A stretch of 64,000 nucleotides of DNA from Pseudomonadota bacterium (GCA_043805375.1 JAZDIA010000034.1:9916-73915); one strand, 5' to 3'; counted from the stretch's first letter, positions 21,202-30,976 are shown. Notes: generated by a model from the sequence alone, not told the origin. Made by a program: numbers and translations.

Positions 21202-23838
21202 ATGAAGCGCATGCTGTTTAATGCGACACAGGCCGAAGAACTCCGTGTCGCCATAGTCGATGGTCAGAAGCTGGTTGACCTCGACATTGAATCGGCCTCG
21301 AAAGAGCAACGCAAGAGCAATATCTACAAGGGTGTCGTTACGCGCGTCGAGCCCAGCCTCGAAGCCGCGTTCATCGACTACGGTACCGAGCGTCACGGTT
21401 TTCTCCCGTTCAAGGAAGTTGCCCGCGCCTACTTCAAGCCCGGGATCGACGTAGGCCACGCGCGCATCCAGGACGCGATCAAGGAAGGTCAGGAACTGAT
21501 CGTCCAGGTGGAAAAAGACGAACGCGGGAACAAAGGCGCAGCGCTCACCACTTTCATCAGCCTGGCCGGGCGCTACCTGGTGCTGATGCCGAACAACCCG
21601 CGCGGCGGCGGCGTGTCGCGGCGCGTCGAAGGCGAGGAGCGCGAAGACCTGCGCGACACCGTGGGTCAACTCGAGATCCCGCCGGGGATGAGCGTGATCG
21701 CGCGCACCGCGGGCATCGGCCGCTCGTTCGAGGAACTCGATTGGGACCTGAAGTACCTGTTGCAGCTTTGGCACGCAATCGAGGAAGCTTCGACCACCCA
21801 GAAAGGCGCCTTCCTGATTTACCAGGAAGGCAGCCTCGTCATCCGCGCGATCCGCGACTACTTCCATCCGGAGATCGGCGAGATCCTGATCGATACCGAT
21901 GCGATCTACGACCAGGCACAGCAGTTCATGGCGCACGTGATGCCGGACAACGTAAACCGGGTGAAGCGTTACCGCGACGACGTCCCTCTATTTTCGCGTT
22001 TCCAAATCGAGCACCAGATCGAGACCGCCTACTCACGCCAGGTGAACCTGCCCGCAGGCGGAGCCGTGGTCATCGACCACACCGAGGCGCTGGTGGCGAT
22101 CGACGTCAACTCCGCGCGCTCCACGCGTGGCAGCGACATCGAGGAGACGGCGTTCCGCACCAATCTCGAGGCAGCCGAGGAGATCGCGCGCCAGTTGCGC
22201 CTGCGCGATCTCGGCGGGCTGATCGTCATCGATTTCATCGACATGGAGTCGCAGCGCAACCAGCGCGAGGTGGAAGACCGCCTGCGCGAATCGCTGCGCT
22301 TCGACCGCGCCCGGGTGCAGATGGGAAAGATCTCACGCTTCGGCCTGATGGAACTCTCGCGCCAGCGCCTGCGCCCTTCCCTTGGCGAAGGCAGCACCAT
22401 CACCTGCCCGCGCTGCAACGGCATCGGCCATATCCGCGGCATTGAATCCACTGCGCTGCACATCCTGCGCATCATCCAGGAAGAAGCGATGAAGGAAAAC
22501 ACCGCCGCCGTGCATGCCCAGATGCCGGTCGATGTGGCGACATTCCTCCTCAATGAGAAGCGCACCGATATCCACGGCGTCGAGGCCCGCCTCAAGGTCA
22601 ACGTGGTACTGATACCGAATACGCACCTGGAAACGCCGCATTACCAGATTTCGCGTCTGCGCCACGACGATCTCAATCATGCCGAGCCCCTGGCCGCGAG
22701 CTATAACATGGTGCAGGTGCCCGTCGAAGAAGAGGCCAAACCGCTGGCGAGCATGGAGCCGAAGGCGCCGCGGCAGGAGGCCGCAGTACAGAGCATCACC
22801 CCGAGCGAGCCCGCGCCTGCTTCGACGCCCAAGATGTCCGAGTCGGAAGCGCAAGCCAAACCTGGGATCATTTCGCGCATCATGGGTTGGCTGAAGGGCG
22901 AGACGCCGAAAGCGAAAGCCGAACCAAGCAGCGGAATCCGTCCCTCGCGCCGAGAACCAAGGCGTGAAGCGCAACGCGAACGTGGTGAACGCGGCGGGCG
23001 CGGCGGACGCGGCGGGCGTGATCGCATGGAACGCGGTGGTCGCGAAGGCAGGCCGGCGCAAGGCGAAGTCGACCGGCTGGAGCCGCGCGAGCCGCGCCAG
23101 GATCGCAACCGCGGCGAACGTCCGGAGCGCGAAGCGCGCCCCGAGCGCCCACCGCGCGAACCGCGTGAGTCACGCACCCCACGGACGCAGGCGCTGGGCG
23201 AAGCTCAGGCAGGCCCTGAAGCCAGGCCGCAGGATGAGCAAAGCCCGGAAGGCAGCAGTGACAGCGGGCGCAGCCGCGGCCGGCGCGGACGTGGTGGGCG
23301 CGGCGGTCGCGGGGAACGCGGTGGTCGCGGTGAGCGCGTTGAGCCGGGGGAACGCGGAGAACGCACGGAGCAAGCGCAGCACGCGGCGCGGGCGGAACGT
23401 GCCGAGCGCGAAAGCGAAGCCCAAGGCGAAACGCTGACGCCTGTGCAGCCAATCATGCCAGAGGAAAGTCTTGCCGCCCCTGCCTATGCGGCTGCACCGG
23501 TGGAGCTTGCGATCCACGCCGTGGCGGACGAAATGCCGGCGTCGGTCGCGGTCGCCGAACCGGACCTGGTACCCACGCCCGCGGCACCGGCAGCTCCTGC
23601 CGAAGCGGTCCAAATAGCGGCACCGGTTCGTTCTGCGCCGGCTCCACTACCCGCGCCTATCGCCGAGATGGAGACGGCGCTGCAGGAAAGCGGTCTGGTG
23701 ATGATCCGGACCGATCCGAGCAAAGTGAAGTTAGCCGAGCCGGTGGCCGAGCCGCAGTTGGTGGCACCGCGGCCGCGGCCGCGGCGTGCACCGCCCCCCG
23801 ACACCGGGCCACTGCAGATCGTCGAAACGAAAAAATAG
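21202..23838 (+). CDS. rne: ribonuclease E
   Basis: Start at MKRMLFNATQAEELRVAIVDGQ (ATG 21202). It has the S1 domain and the catalytic N-terminal half, then an Arg/Glu/Pro-rich low-complexity C-terminal half (RGERGGRGGRGGR...). Confidence 0.9.
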   Translation: MKRMLFNATQAEELRVAIVDGQKLVDLDIESASKEQRKSNIYKGVVTRVEPSLEAAFIDYGTERHGFLPFKEVARAYFKPGIDVGHARIQDAIKEGQELIVQVEKDERGNKGAALTTFISLAGRYLVLMPNNPRGGGVSRRVEGEEREDLRDTVGQLEIPPGMSVIARTAGIGRSFEELDWDLKYLLQLWHAIEEASTTQKGAFLIYQEGSLVIRAIRDYFHPEIGEILIDTDAIYDQAQQFMAHVMPDNVNRVKRYRDDVPLFSRFQIEHQIETAYSRQVNLPAGGAVVIDHTEALVAIDVNSARSTRGSDIEETAFRTNLEAAEEIARQLRLRDLGGLIVIDFIDMESQRNQREVEDRLRESLRFDRARVQMGKISRFGLMELSRQRLRPSLGEGSTITCPRCNGIGHIRGIESTALHILRIIQEEAMKENTAAVHAQMPVDVATFLLNEKRTDIHGVEARLKVNVVLIPNTHLETPHYQISRLRHDDLNHAEPLAASYNMVQVPVEEEAKPLASMEPKAPRQEAAVQSITPSEPAPASTPKMSESEAQAKPGIISRIMGWLKGETPKAKAEPSSGIRPSRREPRREAQRERGERGGRGGRGGRDRMERGGREGRPAQGEVDRLEPREPRQDRNRGERPEREARPERPPREPRESRTPRTQALGEAQAGPEARPQDEQSPEGSSDSGRSRGRRGRGGRGGRGERGGRGERVEPGERGERTEQAQHAARAERAERESEAQGETLTPVQPIMPEESLAAPAYAAAPVELAIHAVADEMPASVAVAEPDLVPTPAAPAAPAEAVQIAAPVRSAPAPLPAPIAEMETALQESGLVMIRTDPSKVKLAEPVAEPQLVAPRPRPRRAPPPDTGPLQIVETKK

Positions 23839-23866
23839 ATTCGTGTCCAGGCAACAGCGCAACGAC

Positions 23867-24013
23867 TCGGCCATCCTGATGGCCGAGCAGGACGCGCAGG
23901 ACGCGCAGTCCGCGTTGCGCATGGCGGATCGCGTCTACGTGCTCGAATACGGGCGCATTGGGCACGAGGGCGCAAGCGCCGAACTCGCAGCCGACGACTA
24001 TATCCACCAGGCC
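23867..24013 (+). pseudogene. remnant of a LivF-like ABC ATPase C-terminus
   Basis: The translation SAILMAEQDAQDAQSALRMADRVYVLEYGRIGHEGASAELAADDYIHQA resembles the D-loop/H-loop end of branched-chain amino-acid ABC ATPases (ILLVEQNA..AL..ADRGYVLENGRIV..G.A.EL). No Walker A or signature region lies upstream. Confidence 0.5.
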
Positions 24014-24108
24014 AGGGTCGAACGGGACAGCCGCAAAGTCGCCACATCGGGGAACTATTCAATGTTCTTCAGTTCAAACTGGAATCTGTCCCGATCGCAA
24101 AAAACTCC

Positions 24109-24441
24109 ATGACACTAGATGAATCGCATCGGCGTTCCCTTGCCTATGGGCGTACTAATAACGATAAACCCAATTTCGATTCGCTTGTCGGTTCCGATTT
24201 GACGCTATTGGTCGAACAAAATCAGAGCTTGCAAATCCATGTCTTTCCCGGCATGGAACCGCCGTGTGAACAAATCGTCAACACGAACAACTTCGTCATT
24301 ACGACCCACGCCAACGGGTTGATCGTGGTACACTCACCAATAACGATTTCCTGGAATAAACAGATCGGGGCGCGCACAATTCCGGCGTCATCTGGTCCGA
24401 ACAAAGCAAGGGCACGAACCCAATCGGAACTGCAATCGTGA
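24109..24441 (+). CDS. hypothetical protein (weak call)
   Basis: 110-aa ORF in an AT-richer patch with no recognisable motif. Confidence 0.2.
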   Translation: MTLDESHRRSLAYGRTNNDKPNFDSLVGSDLTLLVEQNQSLQIHVFPGMEPPCEQIVNTNNFVITTHANGLIVVHSPITISWNKQIGARTIPASSGPNKARARTQSELQS

Positions 24442-24534
24442 AGCAAGCGCCGACCGTTATTCATGCCGATCGGATGCGAATTCCGTCAAGCTATCCGCCA
24501 ACAATCACTCCGCCATATCAACAGGGAATAGAGC

Positions 24535-25251
24535 GTGACGCTGAAAGCGACTTCAATTTGCAAATCATTTGGGAACATCAAAGCACTTGATGACGTCAGC
24601 CTGCACGTTGCCGCCGGCGAATTCGTGGCACTGCTCGGCCCTAACGGCGCCGGCAAAACCACGTTGTTTCAAATACTTTCCGGGCTCTTTACCGCGGACC
24701 AGGGGAAAGCTGTTATTTGCGGCGCGGATATCCGCATAACGCCGATTGCGGCCTTGTGGCAACTGGGGATCGTGTTCCAGCAGCCTGCATTGGATCTGGA
24801 TCTGAGCGTAACAGCCAATCTGCAGTTTCAGGCCGACCTGCACGGCATCGCGCGCAAAGAGGCAAAAAAGCGCATCGCCTCTTGCCTGTCGCGCTTCGGA
24901 CTGTCGGAACGCGCGCGAGACACGGCGCGGGTTTTATCCGGCGGTAACCGGCGCAAGGTGGAATTGGCACGCGCCTTGATGACACGCCCCAAGTTGTTAT
25001 TGATGGACGAGCCCACCGCCGGCATCGACCCGGCTTCGCGCACGCAGATGATTGCGGATGTCAAAACCCTGTGCAAGGAACAAAACATGGCTGTCTTGTG
25101 GGCCACGCACCTGGTGGATGAAGCCGACGGTGCGGATCGCATCATTGTGATGGCCAAAGGCCGCGTGCAATTCGATGGACTGTCGGCGCAACTGGTTGCC
25201 GCTCAGAAATGCGCATCATTGACGGATGCCTTTTTACGCCTGACCGAATAA
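24535..25251 (+). CDS. ABC transporter ATP-binding protein (ABC-2/exporter-like; PQQ-dehydrogenase-system type)
   Basis: Walker A GPNGAGKTT, signature LSGGNRRKV and Walker B LLLMDEPTAGID. First gene of the ATPase / beta-propeller / SBP / ABC-2 permease order. Confidence 0.85.
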   Translation: MTLKATSICKSFGNIKALDDVSLHVAAGEFVALLGPNGAGKTTLFQILSGLFTADQGKAVICGADIRITPIAALWQLGIVFQQPALDLDLSVTANLQFQADLHGIARKEAKKRIASCLSRFGLSERARDTARVLSGGNRRKVELARALMTRPKLLLMDEPTAGIDPASRTQMIADVKTLCKEQNMAVLWATHLVDEADGADRIIVMAKGRVQFDGLSAQLVAAQKCASLTDAFLRLTE

Positions 25252-25273
25252 CGACAAAGAGGAACCCAGCATC

Positions 25274-26263
25274 ATGACCATTACGCTACAAAAGATTTTT
25301 CCGGTCTGTGCCCTGACTGTGGCGATAGCGCTTGCAGCGCCGGCATCGGCCAAACAGACCGGACAGGTCTTTGTCTCCAGCGAAAAAGACAATGTGATCG
25401 TTGTACTGGACGGCAAGACCCAGCAGCAGATCGCATTGATCAAGGTGTGCAAGCGCCCGCGTCCCCTGCAACTGACGAGCGATCGCCAGCGGCTGATCAC
25501 CGCATGCGGCGACGATGGCCTTGCCATGATGATCGATGTCGCCAGCCGAAAAGTGGTCGAGACGATCAAGCTGGGAGAGGGCGTCGAAATATTTGACCTA
25601 TCGCCTGATGGCAAAAAGATCTATTTTTCCAATGAAGACGAGGACGTCGTCATTGCCTTTGATCTTGTCGCCAAGAAGGTGATCAACCAGATCAAGGTAG
25701 GCGCAGAGCCGGAAGGCCTGCTCGTCACGCCGGACGGCAAGACGCTCTATGTGGCCTCCGAAGGGACCGATCTGGTCCATGTGATCGATCTTGCCAGCGG
25801 CAAGATCGTCAAAAATATCGAGGTCGGAAAGCATCCGCGCCGCTTAGCGCTGACCCCGGACGGCAAGGAACTATGGGTCGGCTGTGAGCTTAGCGCGTCG
25901 GTAAGCATCATCCGCACCGCTGACAACACTGTCGTCGGCAACGTCAAATTCGAGCCCAGAGGATTCCGCATCGACGATATAACCGCCGTGGGTATAACGA
26001 TCAGCGCTGATGGCAAAACAGCATACGTAGCGCTGGGCAGAGCGAGTCACGTGGCGGTGGTCGATGTGGCGGGCCGGAAGGTGCGCAATGTGATCCTGGT
26101 CGGCAAACGCGCCTGGGGTTTGGCCCTGTCGCGCGACAATAAGACGCTGTATGTTGCCAACGGCTTGTCGGATGATGTCTCGGTGGTCGATGTCGCCAGC
26201 GGCCGCGCGGTGAAGACGGTGAAGGTCGGCCGAGTACCGCATAGCGTGGTGATCGATGACTAA
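25274..26263 (+). CDS. YVTN-repeat beta-propeller protein (PQQ-dependent catabolism-associated type)
   Basis: 329 aa with a signal peptide and about seven repeats of the ...P.G..LSPDGK.LYV.. type (LSPDGKKIYFS, VTPDGKTLYVAS, LTPDGKELWVG, ISADGKTAYVA, LSRDNKTLYVAN). Confidence 0.8.
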   Translation: MTITLQKIFPVCALTVAIALAAPASAKQTGQVFVSSEKDNVIVVLDGKTQQQIALIKVCKRPRPLQLTSDRQRLITACGDDGLAMMIDVASRKVVETIKLGEGVEIFDLSPDGKKIYFSNEDEDVVIAFDLVAKKVINQIKVGAEPEGLLVTPDGKTLYVASEGTDLVHVIDLASGKIVKNIEVGKHPRRLALTPDGKELWVGCELSASVSIIRTADNTVVGNVKFEPRGFRIDDITAVGITISADGKTAYVALGRASHVAVVDVAGRKVRNVILVGKRAWGLALSRDNKTLYVANGLSDDVSVVDVASGRAVKTVKVGRVPHSVVIDD

Positions 26264-27485
26264 GCCGACAATCGATTCCGGATCCGGCCGCTGGCGCAAG
26301 TTGCTGGTTTGCGCCGCGCTGGCAAGCGCGAGCTTCGCAGTGCAGGCGCGCGAATTGACCATCGGCGTCGTCTATGTCCCGGATGATCCGAGCTATGAAT
26401 CGAAGCGGCTGGAAAAAAGCTATCCCGGCCACCCGCTGGGCCGGCCCAAAGCCGGCGCCGAGGTCGCCATCGCGCAATCGAGTTTTCAGCTCGCCAAGGG
26501 CGGCTTGAAAATCGCGTTGCAGGATGTGCCGCTTGATGACGTACAGCAGGCGCGGGCGCAGATCCTTGCGCTGGCACAGAAAGGCGTCAGGCATTTTCTG
26601 CTCGATTTGCCGGGTGCGACTGCGGTAGAGTTGAGCAAAGCGCTGCGGACGACCGACGTCCTGCTGTTCAACGTATCCGCGCCGGAGGACAGCTTGCGCC
26701 GTGCCGCCTGCAGCGCGAACCTGTTTCATACGCTGCCGGACGAATCGATGACGGCGCATGCGATCGCCCAATTCCTGACCGCGCGCAGATGGACCAAAGT
26801 GCTGCTTTTGACCAGCACGGTAGCTGCCGATGCATCGCGCATCGCCGCGACCCGGCAAGCGATCAAGCGCTATGGTCTCAGACTGGTGGCCGACAAAACC
26901 TTCAAGCTCTCCAACGATCCGCGTGAGCGCGAATTGGGCAACGTCGCGTTGCTCACGGCAGGGATCGATGCCGATGTGGTGTGGGTAGTCGACACCGACG
27001 GCGAATTCGCGAACAGCGTGCCTTACCGCACAAATCTGCCCCGTCCCGTGGTCGGTAGCGCCGGACTGGTGGCCGAAGCCTGGCAGACCTCATGGGAGCG
27101 CTATGGCGGACCGCAGTTGTCGCGGCGTTTCCAGAAATTGACGAATCGGCCGATGGCGGGCGCCGATTGGGCGGCATTGATTGCCACCAAGGCCATCATC
27201 GAGGTCGCGCTTAAATTGCCGGATGCGCGCGAACATCGGCGCGCATTGCGCAGTCCGGATCTGGTACTGGATGCCTTCAAGGGGGTGCGCTTGTCGTTTC
27301 GCCCATGGGACCAGCAATTGCGGCAGCCGGTGTTTCTGGCGCACGGCGGCATCGGCGGTGGTATCGCGGCGGTGGCGCCCATCGAAGGCTTTTTGCATCC
27401 CAAGAATAACCTGGATACCCTGGGTGCCGACGAGAAGGAATCGCCCTGCAGGTTAAGCGATGACGCAATCGGCGGAAATAAATGA
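26256..27485 (+). CDS. periplasmic substrate-binding protein, LivK-like fold (PQQ-dehydrogenase-system type)
   Basis: 409 aa with a signal peptide (LLVCAALASASFAVQA). Overlaps both neighbours (8 nt and ATGA). Confidence 0.65.
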   Translation: MTKPTIDSGSGRWRKLLVCAALASASFAVQARELTIGVVYVPDDPSYESKRLEKSYPGHPLGRPKAGAEVAIAQSSFQLAKGGLKIALQDVPLDDVQQARAQILALAQKGVRHFLLDLPGATAVELSKALRTTDVLLFNVSAPEDSLRRAACSANLFHTLPDESMTAHAIAQFLTARRWTKVLLLTSTVAADASRIAATRQAIKRYGLRLVADKTFKLSNDPRERELGNVALLTAGIDADVVWVVDTDGEFANSVPYRTNLPRPVVGSAGLVAEAWQTSWERYGGPQLSRRFQKLTNRPMAGADWAALIATKAIIEVALKLPDAREHRRALRSPDLVLDAFKGVRLSFRPWDQQLRQPVFLAHGGIGGGIAAVAPIEGFLHPKNNLDTLGADEKESPCRLSDDAIGGNK

Positions 27486-28279
27486 AAACCGCTCACGCCT
27501 TGCTCGCATTGCGTGCGATCGCCGGCCGCGAAATCGACAAGTTCCTGCGCCAGCCGGGGCGGCTGATTTCGACGCTGGTGCGCCCGGCCTTGTGGCTGGT
27601 GGTGTTTGCGGTCGGATTCCAGAACGTCTTTGGCGTCGCGATCCTGCCGCCATATGACACTTACGTCGAATATCGGGTCTATATGGTGCCCGGGTTGGCG
27701 ATGATGGTATGCCTGTTCAACGGCATGCAATCCTCTTTGGCGATGGTGTACGACCGCGAGATGGGCGTGATGCGCCTGTTGCTGACCGCGCCGTTGCCGC
27801 GCGCCTATTTGCTGGTGTGCAAGCTGCTCGGAACCACTTTCCTGTCGCTGTTGCAGACCGCGGCGTTTTTCCTGCTGGCAGTGCTGTTCGGCATCAATCT
27901 GAGCATCACGCAAATCATCATCGCCATGCCGATCGTGGCGCTGGGCGCATTGATGCTGGCTGCATTCGGCCTGATGCTGTCGGTATACATCAAGCAATTG
28001 GAAAATTTCGCCGGCACCATGAACTTCGTGATTTTCCCGATGTTTTTCTTTTCGACGGCCCTGTATCCGTTGTGGAAGATCGAGGAATCGGGTGCGCAAT
28101 GGATCTATGCGATTACCCGTTTCAATCCGTTTACCCACGCAATCGAAGCGCTGCGCTTTAGCTTGTATGGACAGATCGAGCCGACTTCGCTCGCCGTGGT
28201 TGCCGCAAGCACCGTCGTGTTTTACCTGATTGCCGCAGTCGGATATGACCCGCAACGGGGTTTGGTCAATTCCGCTTGA
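27482..28279 (+). CDS. ABC-2 type transporter permease (PedC-like)
   Basis: 265 aa with six hydrophobic segments and the N-terminal ...REIDKFLRQPGRLISTLVRP motif typical of ABC-2 permeases. Confidence 0.8.
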   Translation: MKTAHALLALRAIAGREIDKFLRQPGRLISTLVRPALWLVVFAVGFQNVFGVAILPPYDTYVEYRVYMVPGLAMMVCLFNGMQSSLAMVYDREMGVMRLLLTAPLPRAYLLVCKLLGTTFLSLLQTAAFFLLAVLFGINLSITQIIIAMPIVALGALMLAAFGLMLSVYIKQLENFAGTMNFVIFPMFFFSTALYPLWKIEESGAQWIYAITRFNPFTHAIEALRFSLYGQIEPTSLAVVAASTVVFYLIAAVGYDPQRGLVNSA

Positions 28280-28313
28280 GACCACTCCCCACTATTTCCC
28301 ATGGAGCAGCGTT

Positions 28314-29324
28314 ATGCCCATTCGTTTCCTGCTTTGCATCCTCACCGCACTGCTGTTGCTGCTGCCGCTGACCGGTCCGAACGCGAAGGACAAGCCCTTG
28401 ACCCCGGTGCGTGTCGGCGCGCTGGAATTCGGCTCGGTCAATTGGGAACTGGAGGTTATCCAAAGCCGTGGACTGGCCAAGAAGCGCGGCATTGATTTGC
28501 AAATCGTTCCGCTTGGGTCGGGCGACGCCTACACCGTCGCGCTGCAGGGGGGCGCGGTTGACATAATGGTCGCCGACTGGATCTGGGTCAGTCGCCAGCG
28601 CGCCGAGTCCTATCCATATACCTTCGCCCCTTATTTCAACGCGGTTGGTTCGGTGATGGTCAAGTCCGATAGCGGCATCAGGCAATTGGCGGATTTGCGG
28701 GACAAAAAGCTGGGCATCGCCGGCGGCCCGTCGGATAAGACTTGGCTGTTGCTGCGCGCCTATGCGCAACGCAAGCTCGGCGTCGATCTGACGCAATTCA
28801 CCAAGCCGACCTATGCGGCGCCGCCATTGCTGAATGAATTGGTTTCGCGCGGACAAGTGGATGCGGCACTAAACGCCTGGCATTATGCGGCACGCCTGGA
28901 AGTGGGCGGTATGCATGCATTGATCGAGATGCCGGAAATTCTTGCAGGGCTGGGAATTGAAAAACCGATTCCGCTGATCGGCTGGGTGTTCCGTGAAGAT
29001 TGGGCGGCGGCCAACAGTGAAGCGGTCAAGAACTTTTTGGCCGCATCGTATGAAGCGAAAGCAATTTTGGCCAGTTCCGATGCGCAATGGGACCAGATCA
29101 GGCCGAAAATGCGGGCTGAAAACGATGCGGTATTCAAGGCGCTGCGCGCGAAATTTCGCGCCGGCATTCCGGTCTGCTCCGATCAGAACACCATGACGGC
29201 GGTAGCCGCCACCTTCAAGATTCTGGCAGACACCGGCGGCGAAAAACTGGTCGGCAAGTCAAAGAGCCTGACAAGCGGCACTTTTTGGCCCGGTTTTTCA
29301 CTTCCGCCATGCAAGACGGATTGA
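28314..29324 (+). CDS. ABC transporter substrate-binding protein, NMT1/THI5 (NitT/TauT) family
   Basis: Start at ATG 28314 (MPIRFLLCILTALLLLLPLTG, a signal peptide) with a ggag RBS. Confidence 0.7.
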   Translation: MPIRFLLCILTALLLLLPLTGPNAKDKPLTPVRVGALEFGSVNWELEVIQSRGLAKKRGIDLQIVPLGSGDAYTVALQGGAVDIMVADWIWVSRQRAESYPYTFAPYFNAVGSVMVKSDSGIRQLADLRDKKLGIAGGPSDKTWLLLRAYAQRKLGVDLTQFTKPTYAAPPLLNELVSRGQVDAALNAWHYAARLEVGGMHALIEMPEILAGLGIEKPIPLIGWVFREDWAAANSEAVKNFLAASYEAKAILASSDAQWDQIRPKMRAENDAVFKALRAKFRAGIPVCSDQNTMTAVAATFKILADTGGEKLVGKSKSLTSGTFWPGFSLPPCKTD

Positions 29325-30082
29325 AACTCGGCGCGCAATTCGCGCAAAGCAGGTGGGCCCGCATCGTACCTGCGTTCGTGTTTGTATGCGTGTGGCAAGT
29401 GCTGGCGATAGCACTGGAGAGCAAGACCTTGCCGCCGCCAAGCGCAGTGCTGTCAATGCTGTGGCAAGAGATTCATACCGGTAAGTTACTGTTTCATCTC
29501 GGCATGACGTTGATTCGGGTCGCGATCAGCTTTGCCGCCGCGATGCTGATTGGCGTAGCCCTGGGCATATTAATGGGCGCATCCAAGACCTGGGACCGCC
29601 TGCTCGATGCTTTCCTTATTCTTGCGCTGAATATCCCTGCCCTGGTAACAATTATTCTGTGCTACATCTGGTTTGGCCTGTCCGAAATAGCGGCCGTGAT
29701 CGCCGTGACGGTGAATAAGATCCCGATGGTTGCCATCAGCTTGCGCGAAGGCGCCCGCGCGGTCGACCGGAACCTGTTGCAAGTGGCCAGGGTCTATCGT
29801 TTATCGCGCCGCGATACTTTCTTCAAAGTGTATTTTCCGCAGCTCTTTCCCTACCTGTTCGGTTCGGCCCGCAATGGCCTGGCGATAATCTGGAAAATCG
29901 TGCTGGTGGTAGAACTGCTGGGACGCAGCAACGGAGTTGGCTTTCAGATCGGCAGTTTTTTCCACTTTTTCGATATCACCGGGATTCTGGCTTACACGCT
30001 GGCCTTTGCACTGGTCGTCTTCAGTATCGAAGCGCTGTTGTTTCGCCCGCTGGAAACGTACCTCAACCGGTGGCGCCCATGA
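29309..30082 (+). CDS. ABC transporter permease (NitT/TauT family)
   Basis: BPD-type permease with multiple TM segments. The start is ambiguous (29285 or ATG 29309). Confidence 0.8.
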   Translation: MQDGLKLGAQFAQSRWARIVPAFVFVCVWQVLAIALESKTLPPPSAVLSMLWQEIHTGKLLFHLGMTLIRVAISFAAAMLIGVALGILMGASKTWDRLLDAFLILALNIPALVTIILCYIWFGLSEIAAVIAVTVNKIPMVAISLREGARAVDRNLLQVARVYRLSRRDTFFKVYFPQLFPYLFGSARNGLAIIWKIVLVVELLGRSNGVGFQIGSFFHFFDITGILAYTLAFALVVFSIEALLFRPLETYLNRWRP

Positions 30083-30888
30083 CTTTCCTAAAGGTGGGTA
30101 TCCGTAAGAAAGTGTATGCCAACGGCTGCTGCGCGATCGAAAACCTGGCATTTGGCGCGCGCTCTGGCGAGTTTGTCGCTATTGTCGGCCCTTCCGGCGC
30201 CGGCAAGACGACGCTGCTCAATCTGATTGCCGGGCTTGATCGGGACATGGAGGGCAGCATCGCCTTTCAGTCCGGGCAAGGAAGGCAGGCCGGCCCCAGG
30301 ACCAGCTTCATGTTCCAGGAGCCGCGCCTGATGCCGTGGCTGAGCGTGCAGCAAAACCTGGAACTGGTTCTGGCCCCGCAATCGCGCGCGCATCAAGTCA
30401 CGCCGCTGCAGGATTTGCTGGCACTGGTGGGTCTACCGGGTTGCGGCGCAATGTTTCCCGGCCAGTTATCGGGGGGCATGCAGCGCCGGGTTGCGTTGCT
30501 GCGTGCCTTCATCGTCGAGCCGCATTTATTGCTCATGGATGAGCCGTTTCAGTCGCTCGATGCGCCGACCGCCAATCAGCTCAGAATCCTGCTGCAGGAC
30601 CTGTGGCAGCGCACTTGCCCCACCGTGCTGTTCGTCACCCACAGCCTGCGTGAAGCGATCAGCCTGGCCGACCGGATTCTGTTTTTCTCTACCCAGCCTT
30701 GCAGAGTCATCTTGGATCTTCCGGTCGATCTGCGGCGCCCACGCGCAATCGAGGACTTGTGCGTCCAGAAATTGCATGAATCCCTGCTGGATCAATATCC
30801 CCAGCTACTGGGAGGGCTGATTACGCCTTCCCCGAAAAAAACGACGGATAGCGCATTCCCGCATGCGGCAAGAGGCAAAACAGGCTGA
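30079..30888 (+). CDS. ABC transporter ATP-binding protein (NitT/TauT family)
   Basis: Walker A GPSGAGKTT, signature LSGGMQRRV and Walker B LLLMDEPFQSLD. ATGA overlap with the permease stop. Confidence 0.85.
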   Translation: MTFLKVGIRKKVYANGCCAIENLAFGARSGEFVAIVGPSGAGKTTLLNLIAGLDRDMEGSIAFQSGQGRQAGPRTSFMFQEPRLMPWLSVQQNLELVLAPQSRAHQVTPLQDLLALVGLPGCGAMFPGQLSGGMQRRVALLRAFIVEPHLLLMDEPFQSLDAPTANQLRILLQDLWQRTCPTVLFVTHSLREAISLADRILFFSTQPCRVILDLPVDLRRPRAIEDLCVQKLHESLLDQYPQLLGGLITPSPKKTTDSAFPHAARGKTG

Positions 30889-30976
30889 GTTGAGAATAGA
30901 CATCCACGCCTTACCGGCGAAGTATCAGCGTTAGTTGAACACCCCGAAACCCGCTTTTCGCTGGTTTTCCTTTCGA

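Noticed and set aside
22333-24062. Several 150-240-aa ORFs on both strands inside the rne 3' half
   Set aside because: They are produced by the repetitive Arg/Gly/Glu/Pro coding repeats of the RNase E scaffold and are all out of frame or antisense to rne.
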